Sequence record: AP019521.1
Strand: one strand, 5' to 3'
DNA: 64,000 bases
DNA from: Escherichia phage KIT01
Shown: positions 50,521 through 61,303 of the stretch, piece by piece
How positions within the stretch are numbered: the first letter of the stretch is position 1
Layout of the letters: each line of letters starts with the position of its first letter
Notes under the pieces: generated by a model
What the model was told of the DNA's origin: nothing
The model's database searches: none
Seen by the model: the letters and a program-made list of their open reading frames with translations, nothing else
Translations under genes and position numbers: made by a program

Positions 50521-53500
50521 ATGGCTACTTTAAAGCAAATCCAATTTAAAAGAAGTAAAGTAGCCGGTGTACGTCCAGCACCGGCCCAGTTGGCTGAAGG
50601 CGAACTGGCTATTAACTTAAAGGACCGTTTACTTTTTACTAAAGACGACTCTGGCGCTATCATCGACCTTGGCTTTGCTAAGGGTGGAAATATCGATGGT
50701 AATGTTATTCATAAAGGCAATTACAACCAAACCGGCGATTATACACTTAATGGTGTATTTACTCAAATTGGTGATTTCAATCTCAATGGTATTGCTCGTG
50801 TAACTCGTGACATCATTGCGGCAGGGCAGATAATGACCCACGGCGGTGAACTTATTTCTAAGAGCGCCTCAACTTCTCACCTTCGTTTCTTTGATGGTGA
50901 TGATCGTGAACGTGGTATTATCTTTTCTCCAAATAATGCGGGTCTTACCAATCAAGTAGTTAATATTCGCGTCCAAGATTACGCTGCAGGAAGTGAAAGC
51001 ACCTACGCGTTTTCAGGCAATGGTGTATTTTCTTCACCAGAAGTTTTTGGGTGGAAATCTGTATCAACTCCGGTAATTTATACCAATAAAGTTATTACCA
51101 ACGGTAAAGTTGCAGGAGATTATGATATCTATTCATTGGCCGATAATACCCCATTGGCAGAAAGTGAAACAGCTATTAACCATCTCCGTGTTATGCGAAA
51201 TGCAGTTAGTTCGAGCATTTTCCATGAAGTTAAAGATAATGACGGGATAACCTGGTATGCTGGAGATGGATTAGACGCTTATCTTTGGTCGTTTACCTGG
51301 TCTGGCGGATTGAAAGCCGGTCATTCTATTTCTGTAGGCACCCCAGGCAACTCTAAAGGATATTCTGAATTAGGGACGGCTTCAATTGCTCTTGGCGATA
51401 ATGATACCGGGTTAAAATGGCATCAGGATGGATATTATTTCAGCGTTAATAACGGCACAAAAACTTTCATCTATGGACCTGCAGAAACCACCAGTCTTAG
51501 AAAAATGGTTATGGGTTATTCTGTAACCGGCACAGATTTGACTACCCCGCCAACAGAAAACTATGCATTGGCTACTGTTGTTACTTATCATGATAATAAC
51601 GCGTATGGCGACGGTCAAACTCTTTTAGGTTATTATCAAGGTGGAAATTATCATCACTATTTCCGTGGTAAGGGCACGACAAACGTTAATACTCACGGCG
51701 GTTTGTTAGTTACTCCTGGTAATATTGATGTTGTTGGTGGTTCGGTTAATATTGATGGCCGAAATAACAACTCAGTTTTGCTTTTTAAAGGTTATACCAC
51801 TGGTCAGAGCTCTGTTGATAATATGTCTATTGCTGTATGGGGTAACACCTTTAATACAGTAGGTGGCACCCGTAAAAACGTGATGGAAATTTCTGATGCA
51901 ACTAGTTGGATGCATTATATTCAACGAACAACTGAAGGTAAAGTCGAATCGGTTCTAAACGGCACCCAGATTGTTAATGAAAACTTGACAGTAGTAAAAA
52001 ATGCTACATTTGACGGTACAATCAGCTCAGCCGGTGAAATCGCGACAAATGCTGTCAATGCCCTTAGAATTTGGAATGACGATTACGGCGCCATTTTCCG
52101 ACGCTCAGAAAACAGTCTTCATATTATTCCTACCGAGTTTGGACAAGGTAAAACTGGAAATATCGGATCCCTTCGCCCGTTCCGTATGGACCTGGATACA
52201 GGTAAAGTAAGTATTCCTAATATGGATAATACTAATTTGGATATGAACCCAAATGGTTCTATTAAGTTCACAGGCCATGGTAATGGCACCGAGCTGTATA
52301 TTAATCAGTACGGGCAAGCGGCACCTATTTATCAAGAAATTGATAATGATTCCGCTTCTGCTTATATCCCAATTATAAAACAGAAATACTTAAATGGCGG
52401 TATAATGTGGTCTATTGGAACCGAACTTAATTCTGGTGATTTTGTAATCCATAGAATTAATGCCGCCGGTGATGAAAACCAAATTATTAAATTTGATAGT
52501 AACTGCATTCCGCATTTCCCGGATAACGTTGTGGTTGGCGGTGGCGAAGCTGCTATTGCTAGAAATGGTAATATTTTCTCGGATATTTGGAAAACGTTTA
52601 CTTCAGCTGGCGATGTAACTAATATTCGCGATGCTATTGCCTCCCGTGTGGCTAAAGAAGGCGACACGATGACAGGCCGTTTAACTCTGAATGCAAACTC
52701 GGATGCTATTGTTATTAACAGTGCTGCAACCGAATCTGGTTATTTGAAAGGACAAAAAGCGGGCGTTAATAACTGGTATGTTGGTAATGGCGGCGCTGAT
52801 AACGCCCTATCGTTTTATAGTTTCCAAACTAATTCGGGCGTTAATATTCATAATAGCGGAGAAATTGGTTTAGCTCCTCAAGGGTCGGATACTTTTTATT
52901 TTAATAAGGACCGACTTTATATAAAGGGTACACAATGGACAGCTCATCAATCTGGTGCATGGGGTGACCAATGGACCACAGAAGCTCCGGTGTTTGTAGA
53001 TTTTGGTAATGTTGGTAATGATAGTTATTATCCTATTATCAAAGGAAAATCTGGTATTACTAACGAAGGATACATATCGGGTGTAGATTTTGGTATGCGA
53101 CGCATTACTAATACCTGGGCTCAAGGTATTATTCGTGTAGGTAACCAGGAAAATGGTCAAGACCCACAAGCTATCTATGAATTCCACCACAATGGAGTTC
53201 TGTATGTTCCTAATATGGTTAAAACTGGAGCAAGATTATCAGCCGGTGGTGGTGACCCCGCATGGGGTGGGCCGTGCCTTGTTATTGGTGATAATGATAC
53301 TGGTTTAGTCCATGGCGGTGATGGTCGTATTAACATGTTTGCCAATGGGGCCCATATTGCTTCTTGGTCTAGCTCTTACCATATCCATGAAGGTCTTTGG
53401 GATACCCATGGGGCTTTGTGGACTGAAACAGGAAAAGCTATTATTTCTTTTGGCCATTTAGTCCAACAAAGCGACGCCTATTCAACATTTGTTCGCGATG

Positions 53501-53847
53501 TTTATGTTCGTTCTGATATTCGTGTTAAAAAAGACCTTGTTAAATTTGAAAATGCTTCTCAGAAGCTTTCTAAAATTAACGGTTACACTTATATGCAGAA
53601 ACGTGGCCTAGATGAAGAAGGTAACCAGAAATGGGAACCCAACGCTGGTTTAATTGCTCAAGAAGTTCAAGCTATTTTACCTGAATTGGTTGAAGGTGAC
53701 CCTGATGGTGAAGCTTTACTTCGTTTGAACTATAACGGTGTAATTGGTTTAAATACAGCTGCAATCAATGAGCACACTGCAGAAATAGCAGAATTGAAAT
53801 CAGAGATTGAAGAACTTAAAGCATTAATTAAATCATTGTTAAAATAA
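50521..53847 (+). CDS. 37: gp37 long tail fibre distal subunit with C-terminal intramolecular-chaperone-like domain
   Basis: 1108 aa; N-terminus matches T4 gp37; C-terminus [15 protein letters not shown]...[14 protein letters not shown]...ELK resembles autoproteolytic chaperone domains of phage fibres. Confidence 0.9.
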   Translation: MATLKQIQFKRSKVAGVRPAPAQLAEGELAINLKDRLLFTKDDSGAIIDLGFAKGGNIDGNVIHKGNYNQTGDYTLNGVFTQIGDFNLNGIARVTRDIIAAGQIMTHGGELISKSASTSHLRFFDGDDRERGIIFSPNNAGLTNQVVNIRVQDYAAGSESTYAFSGNGVFSSPEVFGWKSVSTPVIYTNKVITNGKVAGDYDIYSLADNTPLAESETAINHLRVMRNAVSSSIFHEVKDNDGITWYAGDGLDAYLWSFTWSGGLKAGHSISVGTPGNSKGYSELGTASIALGDNDTGLKWHQDGYYFSVNNGTKTFIYGPAETTSLRKMVMGYSVTGTDLTTPPTENYALATVVTYHDNNAYGDGQTLLGYYQGGNYHHYFRGKGTTNVNTHGGLLVTPGNIDVVGGSVNIDGRNNNSVLLFKGYTTGQSSVDNMSIAVWGNTFNTVGGTRKNVMEISDATSWMHYIQRTTEGKVESVLNGTQIVNENLTVVKNATFDGTISSAGEIATNAVNALRIWNDDYGAIFRRSENSLHIIPTEFGQGKTGNIGSLRPFRMDLDTGKVSIPNMDNTNLDMNPNGSIKFTGHGNGTELYINQYGQAAPIYQEIDNDSASAYIPIIKQKYLNGGIMWSIGTELNSGDFVIHRINAAGDENQIIKFDSNCIPHFPDNVVVGGGEAAIARNGNIFSDIWKTFTSAGDVTNIRDAIASRVAKEGDTMTGRLTLNANSDAIVINSAATESGYLKGQKAGVNNWYVGNGGADNALSFYSFQTNSGVNIHNSGEIGLAPQGSDTFYFNKDRLYIKGTQWTAHQSGAWGDQWTTEAPVFVDFGNVGNDSYYPIIKGKSGITNEGYISGVDFGMRRITNTWAQGIIRVGNQENGQDPQAIYEFHHNGVLYVPNMVKTGARLSAGGGDPAWGGPCLVIGDNDTGLVHGGDGRINMFANGAHIASWSSSYHIHEGLWDTHGALWTETGKAIISFGHLVQQSDAYSTFVRDVYVRSDIRVKKDLVKFENASQKLSKINGYTYMQKRGLDEEGNQKWEPNAGLIAQEVQAILPELVEGDPDGEALLRLNYNGVIGLNTAAINEHTAEIAELKSEIEELKALIKSLLK

Positions 53848-53852
53848 TAAGA

Positions 53853-53866
53853 GGGGCTTCGGCCCC
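53853..53866 (+). other. Intercistronic tetraloop hairpin between genes 37 and 38
   Basis: GGGGC-TTCG-GCCCC overlapping the gp38 RBS region. Confidence 0.4.
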
Positions 53867-53878
53867 TTGGAGGTTTAT

Positions 53879-54676
53879 ATGGCAGTAACAGGACCGTGGG
53901 TAGGATCGTCTGCAGTAGTTAACACAGGACAAAACTGGATGGGCGGCGCCGCTCAACGATTGAGAATGGGTATTCCGTTTTGGATGAGTAATATGAACGG
54001 TCGGTCTGTTGAAGTAATTCATACCATAACGGCAAACCATAACTTTAATGGTCAATGGTTCCGCGACCGCTGTTTTGAAGCAGGCAGCGCACCTATTGTG
54101 TTTAATATCACAGGCGATATAGTATCTTACGACCGTAATGTTCCATTGTTCTTTATGAATGCCGACACACCTAATGAATATGTCAATTTGACTATTCATG
54201 GAGGCGTGCATATGTGGGGCCGAGGCGGCCACGGTGGGTGGACCCATTCAGGTGGCGACGGTAACGGTCAATGGGGCGGTGATTGTATAGTCAACCATAT
54301 AGGTCATAGACTTCGTATTTGGAACTATGGGGTTATCTGTGGTGGTGGCGGTGGCGGTGGTGGCATTGCGTATCGTCCTCACTCAGGTGCTAACTGGCAA
54401 GATATCGGTGGTGGTGGTGGACGTCCATTTGGTCCTGGTGGCGGTGGTGGATACTCCGGTGGTGGTGCTTCTTATGAAAGCCCTGGCGGTGGATACGATT
54501 ATGGTAACGCCCACTCGGGTCGGGGTGGTGATGCTGGTGCCGCAGGCCAGAACGCATGGAATGATGGTGGTAAAGTTCTTAAAGTTGGGGCTGGGGGCGG
54601 TTCTGGGGCTGCTGTTGCCGTTTCTGCTCCTGCATGGGGCGCGACCGGTACGATTTACGGCCCTTGGCTTAGTTAA
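53879..54676 (+). CDS. 38: gp38 receptor-recognising adhesin (T2-type, glycine-rich)
   Basis: ATG at 53879 after RBS GGAGG; conserved N-terminus, poly-Gly tracts (GGGGGGGG, GGGGG) separating variable segments, as in T2/K3-type gp38. Confidence 0.85.
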   Translation: MAVTGPWVGSSAVVNTGQNWMGGAAQRLRMGIPFWMSNMNGRSVEVIHTITANHNFNGQWFRDRCFEAGSAPIVFNITGDIVSYDRNVPLFFMNADTPNEYVNLTIHGGVHMWGRGGHGGWTHSGGDGNGQWGGDCIVNHIGHRLRIWNYGVICGGGGGGGGIAYRPHSGANWQDIGGGGGRPFGPGGGGGYSGGGASYESPGGGYDYGNAHSGRGGDAGAAGQNAWNDGGKVLKVGAGGGSGAAVAVSAPAWGATGTIYGPWLS

Positions 54677-54681
54677 GAATT

Positions 54682-54689
54682 TATAAATA
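54682..54689 (+). promoter_or_regulatory. Late promoter (TATAAATA) for holin t
   Basis: Exact TATAAATA 18 nt upstream of the t start. Confidence 0.55.
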
Positions 54690-54707
54690 TCTTTAAAGGA
54701 GAAAAGT

Positions 54708-55361
54708 ATGGAACCAAAAGTAGGAATATCATTATCAGACCTACTTTTTGGACTTCTTGATAGAATTTTTAAAGATACTTCTTCCGGGAAAGTTGTTTTT
54801 TCCCGGGTCCTAGTCGTAATATTATTGTTCTTTATGGCATTGGTTTGGTATAAAGGCGAGTATATTCTAAACTTTTATAAAGAGACTACTTATGCCTCTT
54901 ATACTGAAATGATTAGACAAGACCAGGACAATAGATTTAAAATTGCGGCTATCGAGCAGCTCCGAATAGTGCATTCTTCTTCAGGTGCAGACTTCACAGC
55001 AATATATTCTTTTAGACCAACCAACATGAATTATTTTGTGGATATGGTGGCTTACGAGGGTAAATTACCGGAAACGGTAGACGCAAAAAACACGGGAGGG
55101 TTTCCAATTGACAAAACGTCAGTAGAATATATGGCGGGAGTTAACGGGAACTATTTTGAATCAAGTACCGAAACTGTATTCCTTCCTACAAAGAAGAAAA
55201 CACAATTCACGTATATGTTTTCATGCCCGTTTTTTAATTTGGATAACGTCTACGCCGGCTCGATATCGTTGTACTGGTATGATATCAAACCGGATTTAGG
55301 ATTTCCTAGACTTTCGTCTATGTGCGGTCAGGCTGGGAGGACATTAGGTCGAACACGTTAG
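54708..55361 (+). CDS. t: Holin T
   Basis: 217 aa; strong match to T4 T holin (DLLFG.LDR.FKD...GKV..SRV.VVILLF.MA.VWY; C-terminal YMFSCPFFNLDN.YAG). Confidence 0.92.
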   Translation: MEPKVGISLSDLLFGLLDRIFKDTSSGKVVFSRVLVVILLFFMALVWYKGEYILNFYKETTYASYTEMIRQDQDNRFKIAAIEQLRIVHSSSGADFTAIYSFRPTNMNYFVDMVAYEGKLPETVDAKNTGGFPIDKTSVEYMAGVNGNYFESSTETVFLPTKKKTQFTYMFSCPFFNLDNVYAGSISLYWYDIKPDLGFPRLSSMCGQAGRTLGRTR

Positions 55362-55633
55362 AAATTGGAGGTATACATCATTAAGTAACGGTGTATATCT
55401 TCATAGCCTTCATTAAATTGCTCAATAAGAGTGTCACGTTCATCTTCAGTTAATGACTTAAATAATTTGTTATAAGACAAACCATTAAGTTCCTTTCCAT
55501 GTTCATTACGAATACCCAACTCATTCAAAAAGGCAATAAACTCATCACGGCGTTGCATGATGTCTTCACAATCCGTTTTAATCAAAATGGAAACAATAGT
55601 AGCAATTTCGGAAACGATTTCAATTTTAGTCAT
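55358..55633 (-). CDS. asiA: AsiA anti-sigma-70 factor
   Basis: 91 aa; matches T4 AsiA (SILIK...FIAFLNE.G...LI..FNEG.E...RYL.MYT). Confidence 0.9.
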   Translation of the reverse strand: MTKIEIVSEIATIVSILIKTDCEDIMQRRDEFIAFLNELGIRNEHGKELNGLSYNKLFKSLTEDERDTLIEQFNEGYEDIHRYLMMYTSNF

Positions 55634-55668
55634 AATATTCTCTTCAATTCAGTACGTCATTATCTGAT

Positions 55669-55703
55669 AAGGCTATACTAACATATCCTTACGGATTGTA
55701 AAC
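55669..55703 (-). promoter_or_regulatory. Early promoter for asiA
   Basis: Minus strand reads GTTTACA-N16-TAGTATAGCC. Confidence 0.55.
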
Positions 55704-55847
55704 ATGTTTTTCGTTCTTTTTAACATATTCCTGATACATCTCTTCTATTGGTTCCTGGAACTTAAAATCAGCTCCCAGGAATTCCTCAAAGCACTCCTGC
55801 TCACGTGTACGCATGCCTGTTACAGTATTCTCTAAGTTATGACTCAT
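55689..55847 (-). CDS. Small acidic hypothetical protein (52 aa)
   Basis: ORF MSHNLENTVTGMRTREQECFEEFLG... not in track; its 3' end overlaps the asiA promoter. Confidence 0.3.
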   Translation of the reverse strand: MSHNLENTVTGMRTREQECFEEFLGADFKFQEPIEEMYQEYVKKNEKHVYNP

Positions 55848-55936
55848 AGCCTTTACCCTTATGTTTCTGTTTGCGATTAGACTCTTTAAGATTTTTCTTC
55901 TTGTCCTTATGGACAGAAGCCTTATTGAAATCGTGC

Positions 55937-56218
55937 TTAGCTACCAGATTGTTCACGTAATTTCCTTAATTGATATTCAAGAGAGCTGATAATTTCTTTA
56001 TTAGTTGCAATATACATATCACGTAGGAACGGCTTCAACCCTTCCATATTCCCGTGGATTGTCTTAGAACTAATATTCTTTATATATTCATGGTCCAAGG
56101 CATCCCAAGCCGGCTGGTTGACATAAGTTCCCCAATTATCTTCCACCATAACATTAAGTCGTTTAACATGATTAATATGGGCTTCGATTGCATCAATTTG
56201 GAGTTGTTTAAGATTCAT
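55937..56218 (-). CDS. Hypothetical early protein (arn-region position)
   Basis: 93-aa ORF between asiA and motA. Confidence 0.45.
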   Translation of the reverse strand: MNLKQLQIDAIEAHINHVKRLNVMVEDNWGTYVNQPAWDALDHEYIKNISSKTIHGNMEGLKPFLRDMYIATNKEIISSLEYQLRKLREQSGS

Positions 56219-56706
56219 TAGTAAAGGTCCTCAGAGTAAAGTTCTTTTTCACTACCACCACGTTCAATACGAACTTGATTAGCATAAGTCGCAATAATCA
56301 TTGCTTCTTCGCGAGTCCAATAGTTTGAATATTGGTCAATAAATCCTTGGTCATCACCACAAACATGGTCTGATACAAGTTTATCACTTACCTGGTCAAG
56401 AACTTCAGCCATATCTTTAGAATAATGACGAGCGCCAGGAATAACCAAAGTCCCACCATCTTTTAACTTAAAGCGGTTGGCTGCACACACAATCCTGCGC
56501 TGATATTTTTCATTGTTGTTCCAATAGGCAATCTGCCAACAGATTTCAGGAACCTCTTCTAAAACATCCTCTTCTGTATATTCGGTGTAATCGCCATAAG
56601 CCCGTAATTTGGCTGCTAGACTTTCAGGCGTCTCACGAGAAAGAGCTTTATCTAATAAAGCCATACGGTCTTTAAAGGATAATGCTTTACCTTTTAATGG
56701 ATTCAT
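56218..56706 (-). CDS. Hypothetical early protein
   Basis: 162-aa ORF. Confidence 0.5.
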   Translation of the reverse strand: MNPLKGKALSFKDRMALLDKALSRETPESLAAKLRAYGDYTEYTEEDVLEEVPEICWQIAYWNNNEKYQRRIVCAANRFKLKDGGTLVIPGARHYSKDMAEVLDQVSDKLVSDHVCGDDQGFIDQYSNYWTREEAMIIATYANQVRIERGGSEKELYSEDLY

Positions 56707-57050
56707 TTGAAAATCACCTTATGGCCGTTATCTTTAGCAAATTCTTGAATTTTGGTGGCAGTTTCAATTAAATCACCTTTATAATAGGACGATAATTTAA
56801 TATCAACTGTTTGGCCTTCGCCATGCGAAGTTATATTTACCTTTTCAATAAAAATAATCTCAAGAAATCGTAATAACTGCATACCAAATTCAAGATAAAC
56901 GTTATCAATCTGGAGATTGAGTTGGTAAATTTTCTTAATACCACTTACCAAAGCTACGCGCTCATCCCAATCATTACGTTGCTCTTCAATCAATTTAAGG
57001 GAATGACATTCGCCGTCCCAGTTAAGTTCCATCGGAATCATTTGAACCAT
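56703..57050 (-). CDS. Hypothetical early protein
   Basis: 115-aa ORF. Confidence 0.5.
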   Translation of the reverse strand: MVQMIPMELNWDGECHSLKLIEEQRNDWDERVALVSGIKKIYQLNLQIDNVYLEFGMQLLRFLEIIFIEKVNITSHGEGQTVDIKLSSYYKGDLIETATKIQEFAKDNGHKVIFK

Positions 57051-57367
57051 CCTTTAATACGCTGCCATAAAGATTTCTGTTGAGCTTTATTAACACCAAT
57101 TGAGCGAATAACCGGTTGTGATTCTTGGTATTCTTTGTAGTCCGCTTTATAGACTTCATAAGCGGCCGGAACAAAGGTGCTGATTGCTGCCATAAAGTTC
57201 TTACGAATTCCCATAGAAGCTTCAGAACCGCCACGGATGATTAAGTATTTACCTGCTTTAATCTTCACAATAGTGCCGAGATAAGCACCGTGATACCAAA
57301 TGTCCCAACCTTCTTGAGTAGGTTCTGCACAACGACGAAGTTCATTAACAATATTCAGCTTGTTCAT
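57038..57367 (-). CDS. Hypothetical early protein
   Basis: 109-aa ORF immediately downstream of motA. Confidence 0.5.
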   Translation of the reverse strand: MNKLNIVNELRRCAEPTQEGWDIWYHGAYLGTIVKIKAGKYLIIRGGSEASMGIRKNFMAAISTFVPAAYEVYKADYKEYQESQPVIRSIGVNKAQQKSLWQRIKGWFK

Positions 57368-57385
57368 AATAATTTCCTCAGTCAG

Positions 57386-58018
57386 TTAAATTGCGTTGGT
57401 TACAGTTTTGATAACTTCAGATGATACGTTTTGGAAGTCGATATAAGTATTCTTACCACCAGTCTTAATCTTAACATCAAGATTCAAGGAAGTAAACACT
57501 TGTTTTTCTTTATCAGTCATATTATAACCGAAAATACGCATCATTCCATCACGACGGACTTCGATTTGACGAATACCATTGGTACGTTTAGCGAATCGAA
57601 CTTCAAGGTTGCTACGGTTTTCAGCAATTTCACGAATCTCGATACGGTCTTCTAATAAAGCTTTAACTTCATCAGCCAGTGTTACCATTTCAGGAGTAAC
57701 ACCACGTGAGCTACGCGTTTTACGTTTTTCCAACATCTCTGGAGCATTTTCAGAAGCGAACAAGTCAGCAGCTTTTTGAACTAGGTCCATTGCTTCACCT
57801 GTAGCCACTAATCCGTCACCAGATTTTTCGATGAACCCTTTCTTAATCAATACACCGATGTTAGAGTTAACCACCGCAGCACTAAATTGCTCACTCAGGG
57901 CTTCACGGACTTCGCCTGAAGTGATGAAGTTATGCTTGATGATATGTACTAAGATCGAAGCAGTTTTTTCATTCAGGGCGTCTTCAGAAGCTTTGATGAT
58001 ATAAGTAATTTTAGACAT
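57386..58018 (-). CDS. motA: MotA middle-transcription activator
   Basis: 210 aa; matches T4 MotA (MSK.TYIIKAS.D.LNEKTA.IL..I...FIT..EVRE...NSNIGVLIKKG..EKSGDGL). Confidence 0.9.
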   Translation of the reverse strand: MSKITYIIKASEDALNEKTASILVHIIKHNFITSGEVREALSEQFSAAVVNSNIGVLIKKGFIEKSGDGLVATGEAMDLVQKAADLFASENAPEMLEKRKTRSSRGVTPEMVTLADEVKALLEDRIEIREIAENRSNLEVRFAKRTNGIRQIEVRRDGMMRIFGYNMTDKEKQVFTSLNLDVKIKTGGKNTYIDFQNVSSEVIKTVTNAI

Positions 58019-58050
58019 TTTGTATCTCCGTTTCAGTTCATTTATTTGAT

Positions 58051-58085
58051 AGGTCTATAGTATCATGTTTAAAGCAGATGTAAAC
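58051..58085 (-). promoter_or_regulatory. Early promoter for motA
   Basis: Minus strand reads GTTTACATCTGCTTTAAACATGATACTATAGACC; 40-nt exact duplicate of 40581-40620. Confidence 0.6.
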
Positions 58086-58227
58086 ACTTTTTGCACTAAA
58101 CCCAAAAAAAGGAACCCGAAGGTTCCTTACTTTTTAAAGTGGGCTGCTATTAAACCTATAGCCAAGCCTGTCGCCAGGCCTAGGATAACAGCAAAGATAC
58201 AGAGTAATAAGAACTCGACTCCAAGGC

Positions 58228-59556
58228 TCATAGAGCCTCCAAATCTTTAACATACTCAGTTACCACATCAGTGGTTTTCCAGTATTGGTGCTCTTCTTTC
58301 TTAGCTTTAGCTTCTAAGGCCAGTTTCTTGGCTTCATCAGAAGTGATATGGAAAATGTTCATGGCCACCAGTTTATCGGCATATCCGCCATAGACTTTAT
58401 TACCGGCCAATTCTTCGGTTAAAACCTTACGAGTCTTACCTTGGATAACCACTGCACCGTCAATAACATCTTTGATGAATGTGGCTTTAGCCAACGCCAG
58501 TTTGAAAGCTTCTTCAGTTTCGATGATTTTACCATCAATACGTTTCTGTACAAATGTCTTACGGACCTCAACGAAATCACGAATCAGTTCAACTGCATCT
58601 TCGTAAACCTTAAGTTTACCTTTCTCATTAATGACAGTCAGGTTTTGTGAACGACGTTCGATTAACCCGAAGTCCTTCATGAGTTTTTCGTGTTTCTTAT
58701 CTTCATCAGTAGGCAATTCATATTCTTTACGAATCTTAACCTTGAAGCCGAAACCGTTCTCATCACAATCGTCATCGTATGTGATATACCCTTTATCTTC
58801 CAGAGGGTCTAATACCTTAGCCACATATGTTTCACGGTCGTATTTGTATGGGATTTCCGTGATATGCATTTGGGTTCGAGATGCGAACTTATAGGTTCCA
58901 CGAATCTCATAACTACCAGGTTCAATCTCAACAACATCGCCGCGGAATTCAGGATAAGCCACTTTAGGCTTGGTTACACGTTTTTCCTGAAGAACTTGCA
59001 ATACAGCTTTCTTAACAGAATCAAAACTATGAGGAAGAATATTAGTTGCATAACCAGTTGCAATACCGGAAACGCCATTAAGAAGAACAGTAGGAATAAT
59101 AGGCAGATAAAAAGCCGGTGGCTTATGTTCGACATCCGCATGAACCGGAGCATATTCTGTGTCCTTATAAACTTTTGCAAAGTTACTTCCAATACGTGCA
59201 AAGATATAACGAGAGGCTGCAGCCTTTTGAACCAATCGAGAACCAAAGTTACCCTGACCATCTAACAGTGGATAGTTGTTGTTCCATGTGTTGGCCATCA
59301 AAGCACCAGCTTCCTGAGCAGAACCTTCACCATGGTGGTATCCAAGGTCGGCTACGCCGCCAGAGATAGAAGCGAGTTTGTGGAATTTTTCTTTATTACC
59401 ACGAGCCATATCAAGACAACGAGCCACTACAAAACGTTGTACAGGTTTAAAGCCATCAATCATATTTGGAATGGCCCGGTTTTCGACAGTATACATTGCA
59501 TAAGCCAATGCTTCGTTGTCGATAATACTTTTTAAACCACGAGATGTTAATTCCAT
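58228..59556 (-). CDS. 52: gp52 DNA topoisomerase II medium subunit
   Basis: 442 aa; topoisomerase II A-subunit N-terminal motifs (active-site Tyr region) and synteny after motA. Confidence 0.9.
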   Translation of the reverse strand: MELTSRGLKSIIDNEALAYAMYTVENRAIPNMIDGFKPVQRFVVARCLDMARGNKEKFHKLASISGGVADLGYHHGEGSAQEAGALMANTWNNNYPLLDGQGNFGSRLVQKAAASRYIFARIGSNFAKVYKDTEYAPVHADVEHKPPAFYLPIIPTVLLNGVSGIATGYATNILPHSFDSVKKAVLQVLQEKRVTKPKVAYPEFRGDVVEIEPGSYEIRGTYKFASRTQMHITEIPYKYDRETYVAKVLDPLEDKGYITYDDDCDENGFGFKVKIRKEYELPTDEDKKHEKLMKDFGLIERRSQNLTVINEKGKLKVYEDAVELIRDFVEVRKTFVQKRIDGKIIETEEAFKLALAKATFIKDVIDGAVVIQGKTRKVLTEELAGNKVYGGYADKLVAMNIFHITSDEAKKLALEAKAKKEEHQYWKTTDVVTEYVKDLEAL

Positions 59557-59560
59557 AATT

Positions 59561-59701
59561 TTACCATACTAGTGAATGAATAGCCATAATAACATCGGAA
59601 ATAAAAAGCACAACTTGGATAAGTCCGAACATTACTCCATAATACAGCGCTACTAATAAAGCAGCAAGGGCTACCGAGTAGCCCAAGATTTTATTAATCA
59701 T
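59561..59701 (-). CDS. Small hydrophobic membrane protein
   Basis: 47-aa ORF from ATG at 59701 (MINKILGYSVALAALLVALYYGVMFGL...). Confidence 0.4.
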   Translation of the reverse strand: MINKILGYSVALAALLVALYYGVMFGLIQVVLFISDVIMAIHSLVW

Positions 59702-59855
59702 TTTTAATCGTCTTAAGTAAACCGACAAAAGTAGAAAGAACCCAACCAATAAGCAGAAAACTTAAGAATATCGGGCCAGGGGTCCACACACCTAAAAAGA
59801 AGCAAACTGAACAGACTATAGCCGTAATAAGTTCAATAAAAACTACGATAATCAT
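59694..59855 (-). CDS. Small hydrophobic membrane protein
   Basis: 53-aa ORF (MIIVVFIELITAIVCSVCFFLGVW...) overlapping the next start (ATGATTAA); not in track. Confidence 0.4.
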   Translation of the reverse strand: MIIVVFIELITAIVCSVCFFLGVWTPGPIFLSFLLIGWVLSTFVGLLKTIKND

Positions 59856-59942
59856 ATTTTCCTCATTAGCGTCCGAAGACGCCTTTAGTTTTAAGATTGT
59901 TACGATAGAACTGCATCACATGTTCGTTATGGAAATTACTCA

Positions 59943-60392
59943 TTAGTAAGCCTGCAGGATGAATTTAAAGTTATCAGCCAACATACGGTTCATTTCTTCC
60001 AGTGTCTGGAGGTCGGAACTATGATTGCGAGTGAAAGCCATTGCAATTTGACCCTTACCAAAACCTGTGGTCAAAGGTTTCATCTTAGAAGCCGGCACAT
60101 AAAGAACTTCATACACAACGCCGTTCACTGCCATAGTGCGAGCTGATTGAGAACGTTTCTTACGAATATTAGCCACGATACCATCGAGACCTTGAGCAGA
60201 ACGTTGATTACCAACATAAAAACGAGCAGCTACGACACGGGAATCAGCACCACCTTTAACAAAGAAGTAGAAGCCTGGTTGAGCAGAGATTTCTTTAGAA
60301 GGTTTACCATTTTGGTATTCACCATTCTTAACATAAGCAACAGTAGTAGCACCAGCAGACAGAACGTTACGGCGAGTCATATAAGTATTCAT
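59943..60392 (-). CDS. ndd: Ndd nucleoid disruption protein
   Basis: 149 aa; strong match to T4 Ndd ([12 protein letters not shown]...[25 protein letters not shown]...[20 protein letters not shown]). Confidence 0.9.
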
Positions 60393-60439
60393 ATCAATTT
60401 CCTCAGTAGATTAATGTTTTGTTATCCAGTCAACGAGAA

Positions 60440-60470
60440 CCATTATAACATGATTCTCGAGGTTGTAAAC
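60440..60470 (-). promoter_or_regulatory. Early promoter for ndd
   Basis: Minus strand reads GTTTACA-N16-TATAAT. Confidence 0.55.
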
Positions 60471-60814
60471 TATTTTTGTAGCTGTTCTAAAATAAATCCG
60501 CTCGTATAAAAGGAAGCATTATAAACCTTGTTCAGAGGGTTCAAAGCACGTCCGTAAGTATCACGTAGTTCTTTGATAACGTTTTCATAACACACGTAGT
60601 AAGCACTATGATAACCAGGGTCCATGCTCATACGGAATTTGATGAACCGATAAAAGCCTGTTTCTGGGTCTTGAACGAAAACGAAATCAGCACTCATCAT
60701 AATTTTTGAATCTACGCCAGGAATCATACTTTGATTGAATGCTGCCGTTGCCTCCTGAAGGCTGAGTTGTTTAAAGAACATAACTTTAGAGTTACCAAAA
60801 AATACTTTAGACAT
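60470..60814 (-). CDS. Hypothetical early protein
   Basis: ATG at 60814 (MSKVFFGNSKV...); the track start at 60838 is TTG. Confidence 0.5.
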   Translation of the reverse strand: MSKVFFGNSKVMFFKQLSLQEATAAFNQSMIPGVDSKIMMSADFVFVQDPETGFYRFIKFRMSMDPGYHSAYYVCYENVIKELRDTYGRALNPLNKVYNASFYTSGFILEQLQK

Positions 60815-60824
60815 GATATTTTCC

Positions 60825-61037
60825 TTATTCAGCGTCAACAGAAATGGCCATCAATTCTTCAACGGTAAGGCACTGTACACTTGGCCCTACACAAAAACGC
60901 TTAGTTGAATCATAAAGGTCCGTAGCATTAACAGGTTGTAATTCGGTCCCAACTTGTAAAGGAGAAATGCGAATCAATTGTTGGCCGTTATGTAATACAA
61001 AGCTCTCACCAACTGCGACATCTTTAAAAAGTTTCAT
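60825..61037 (-). CDS. Hypothetical early protein
   Basis: ORF with probable ATG at 61037 (MKLFKDVAVGE...). Confidence 0.45.
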   Translation of the reverse strand: MKLFKDVAVGESFVLHNGQQLIRISPLQVGTELQPVNATDLYDSTKRFCVGPSVQCLTVEELMAISVDAE

Positions 61038-61047
61038 AATATTTTCC

Positions 61048-61164
61048 TCAGAAGTTAAAGAATACACGTACATGGTCAATCATAAAAACGATTGGGAAAA
61101 TGCTCAATACCAAAAATAACACAAACATGTTCCAAATTGCTTTAAGTAAGTTTTTCATAATCAT
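61048..61164 (-). CDS. Small hydrophobic protein (38 aa)
   Basis: ORF MIMKNLLKAIWNMFVLFLVLSIFPIVFMIDH... directly downstream of an early promoter; not in track. Confidence 0.35.
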   Translation of the reverse strand: MIMKNLLKAIWNMFVLFLVLSIFPIVFMIDHVRVFFNF

Positions 61165-61178
61165 CTCCATTAGTTGAT

Positions 61179-61213
61179 AGGTCTATAGTATCATGATTAA
61201 TGGAGATGTATAC
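61179..61213 (-). promoter_or_regulatory. T4-type early promoter with 11-bp flanking inverted repeat
   Basis: Minus strand reads GTATACA-N16-TACTATAGACC; inverted repeat CATCTCCATTA/TAATGGAGATG brackets it. Confidence 0.5.
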
Positions 61214-61303
61214 TGATTTATGCCAATTTCCACAACAATAAACTAAAACATACGCAAATCACTGGGATACAGGCCATCCAAATAAGGCACCACGTTTTGC
61301 TAC

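Noticed and set aside
53828-54247. 139-aa minus-strand ORF overlapping gp38
   Set aside because: Antisense to the glycine-rich gp38 coding region; open only because of GC-rich Gly codons.
57022-57234. 70-aa alternative-frame ORF overlapping the 57038-57367 gene
   Set aside because: Same strand, different frame, fully inside a longer ORF with better gene-boundary fit.
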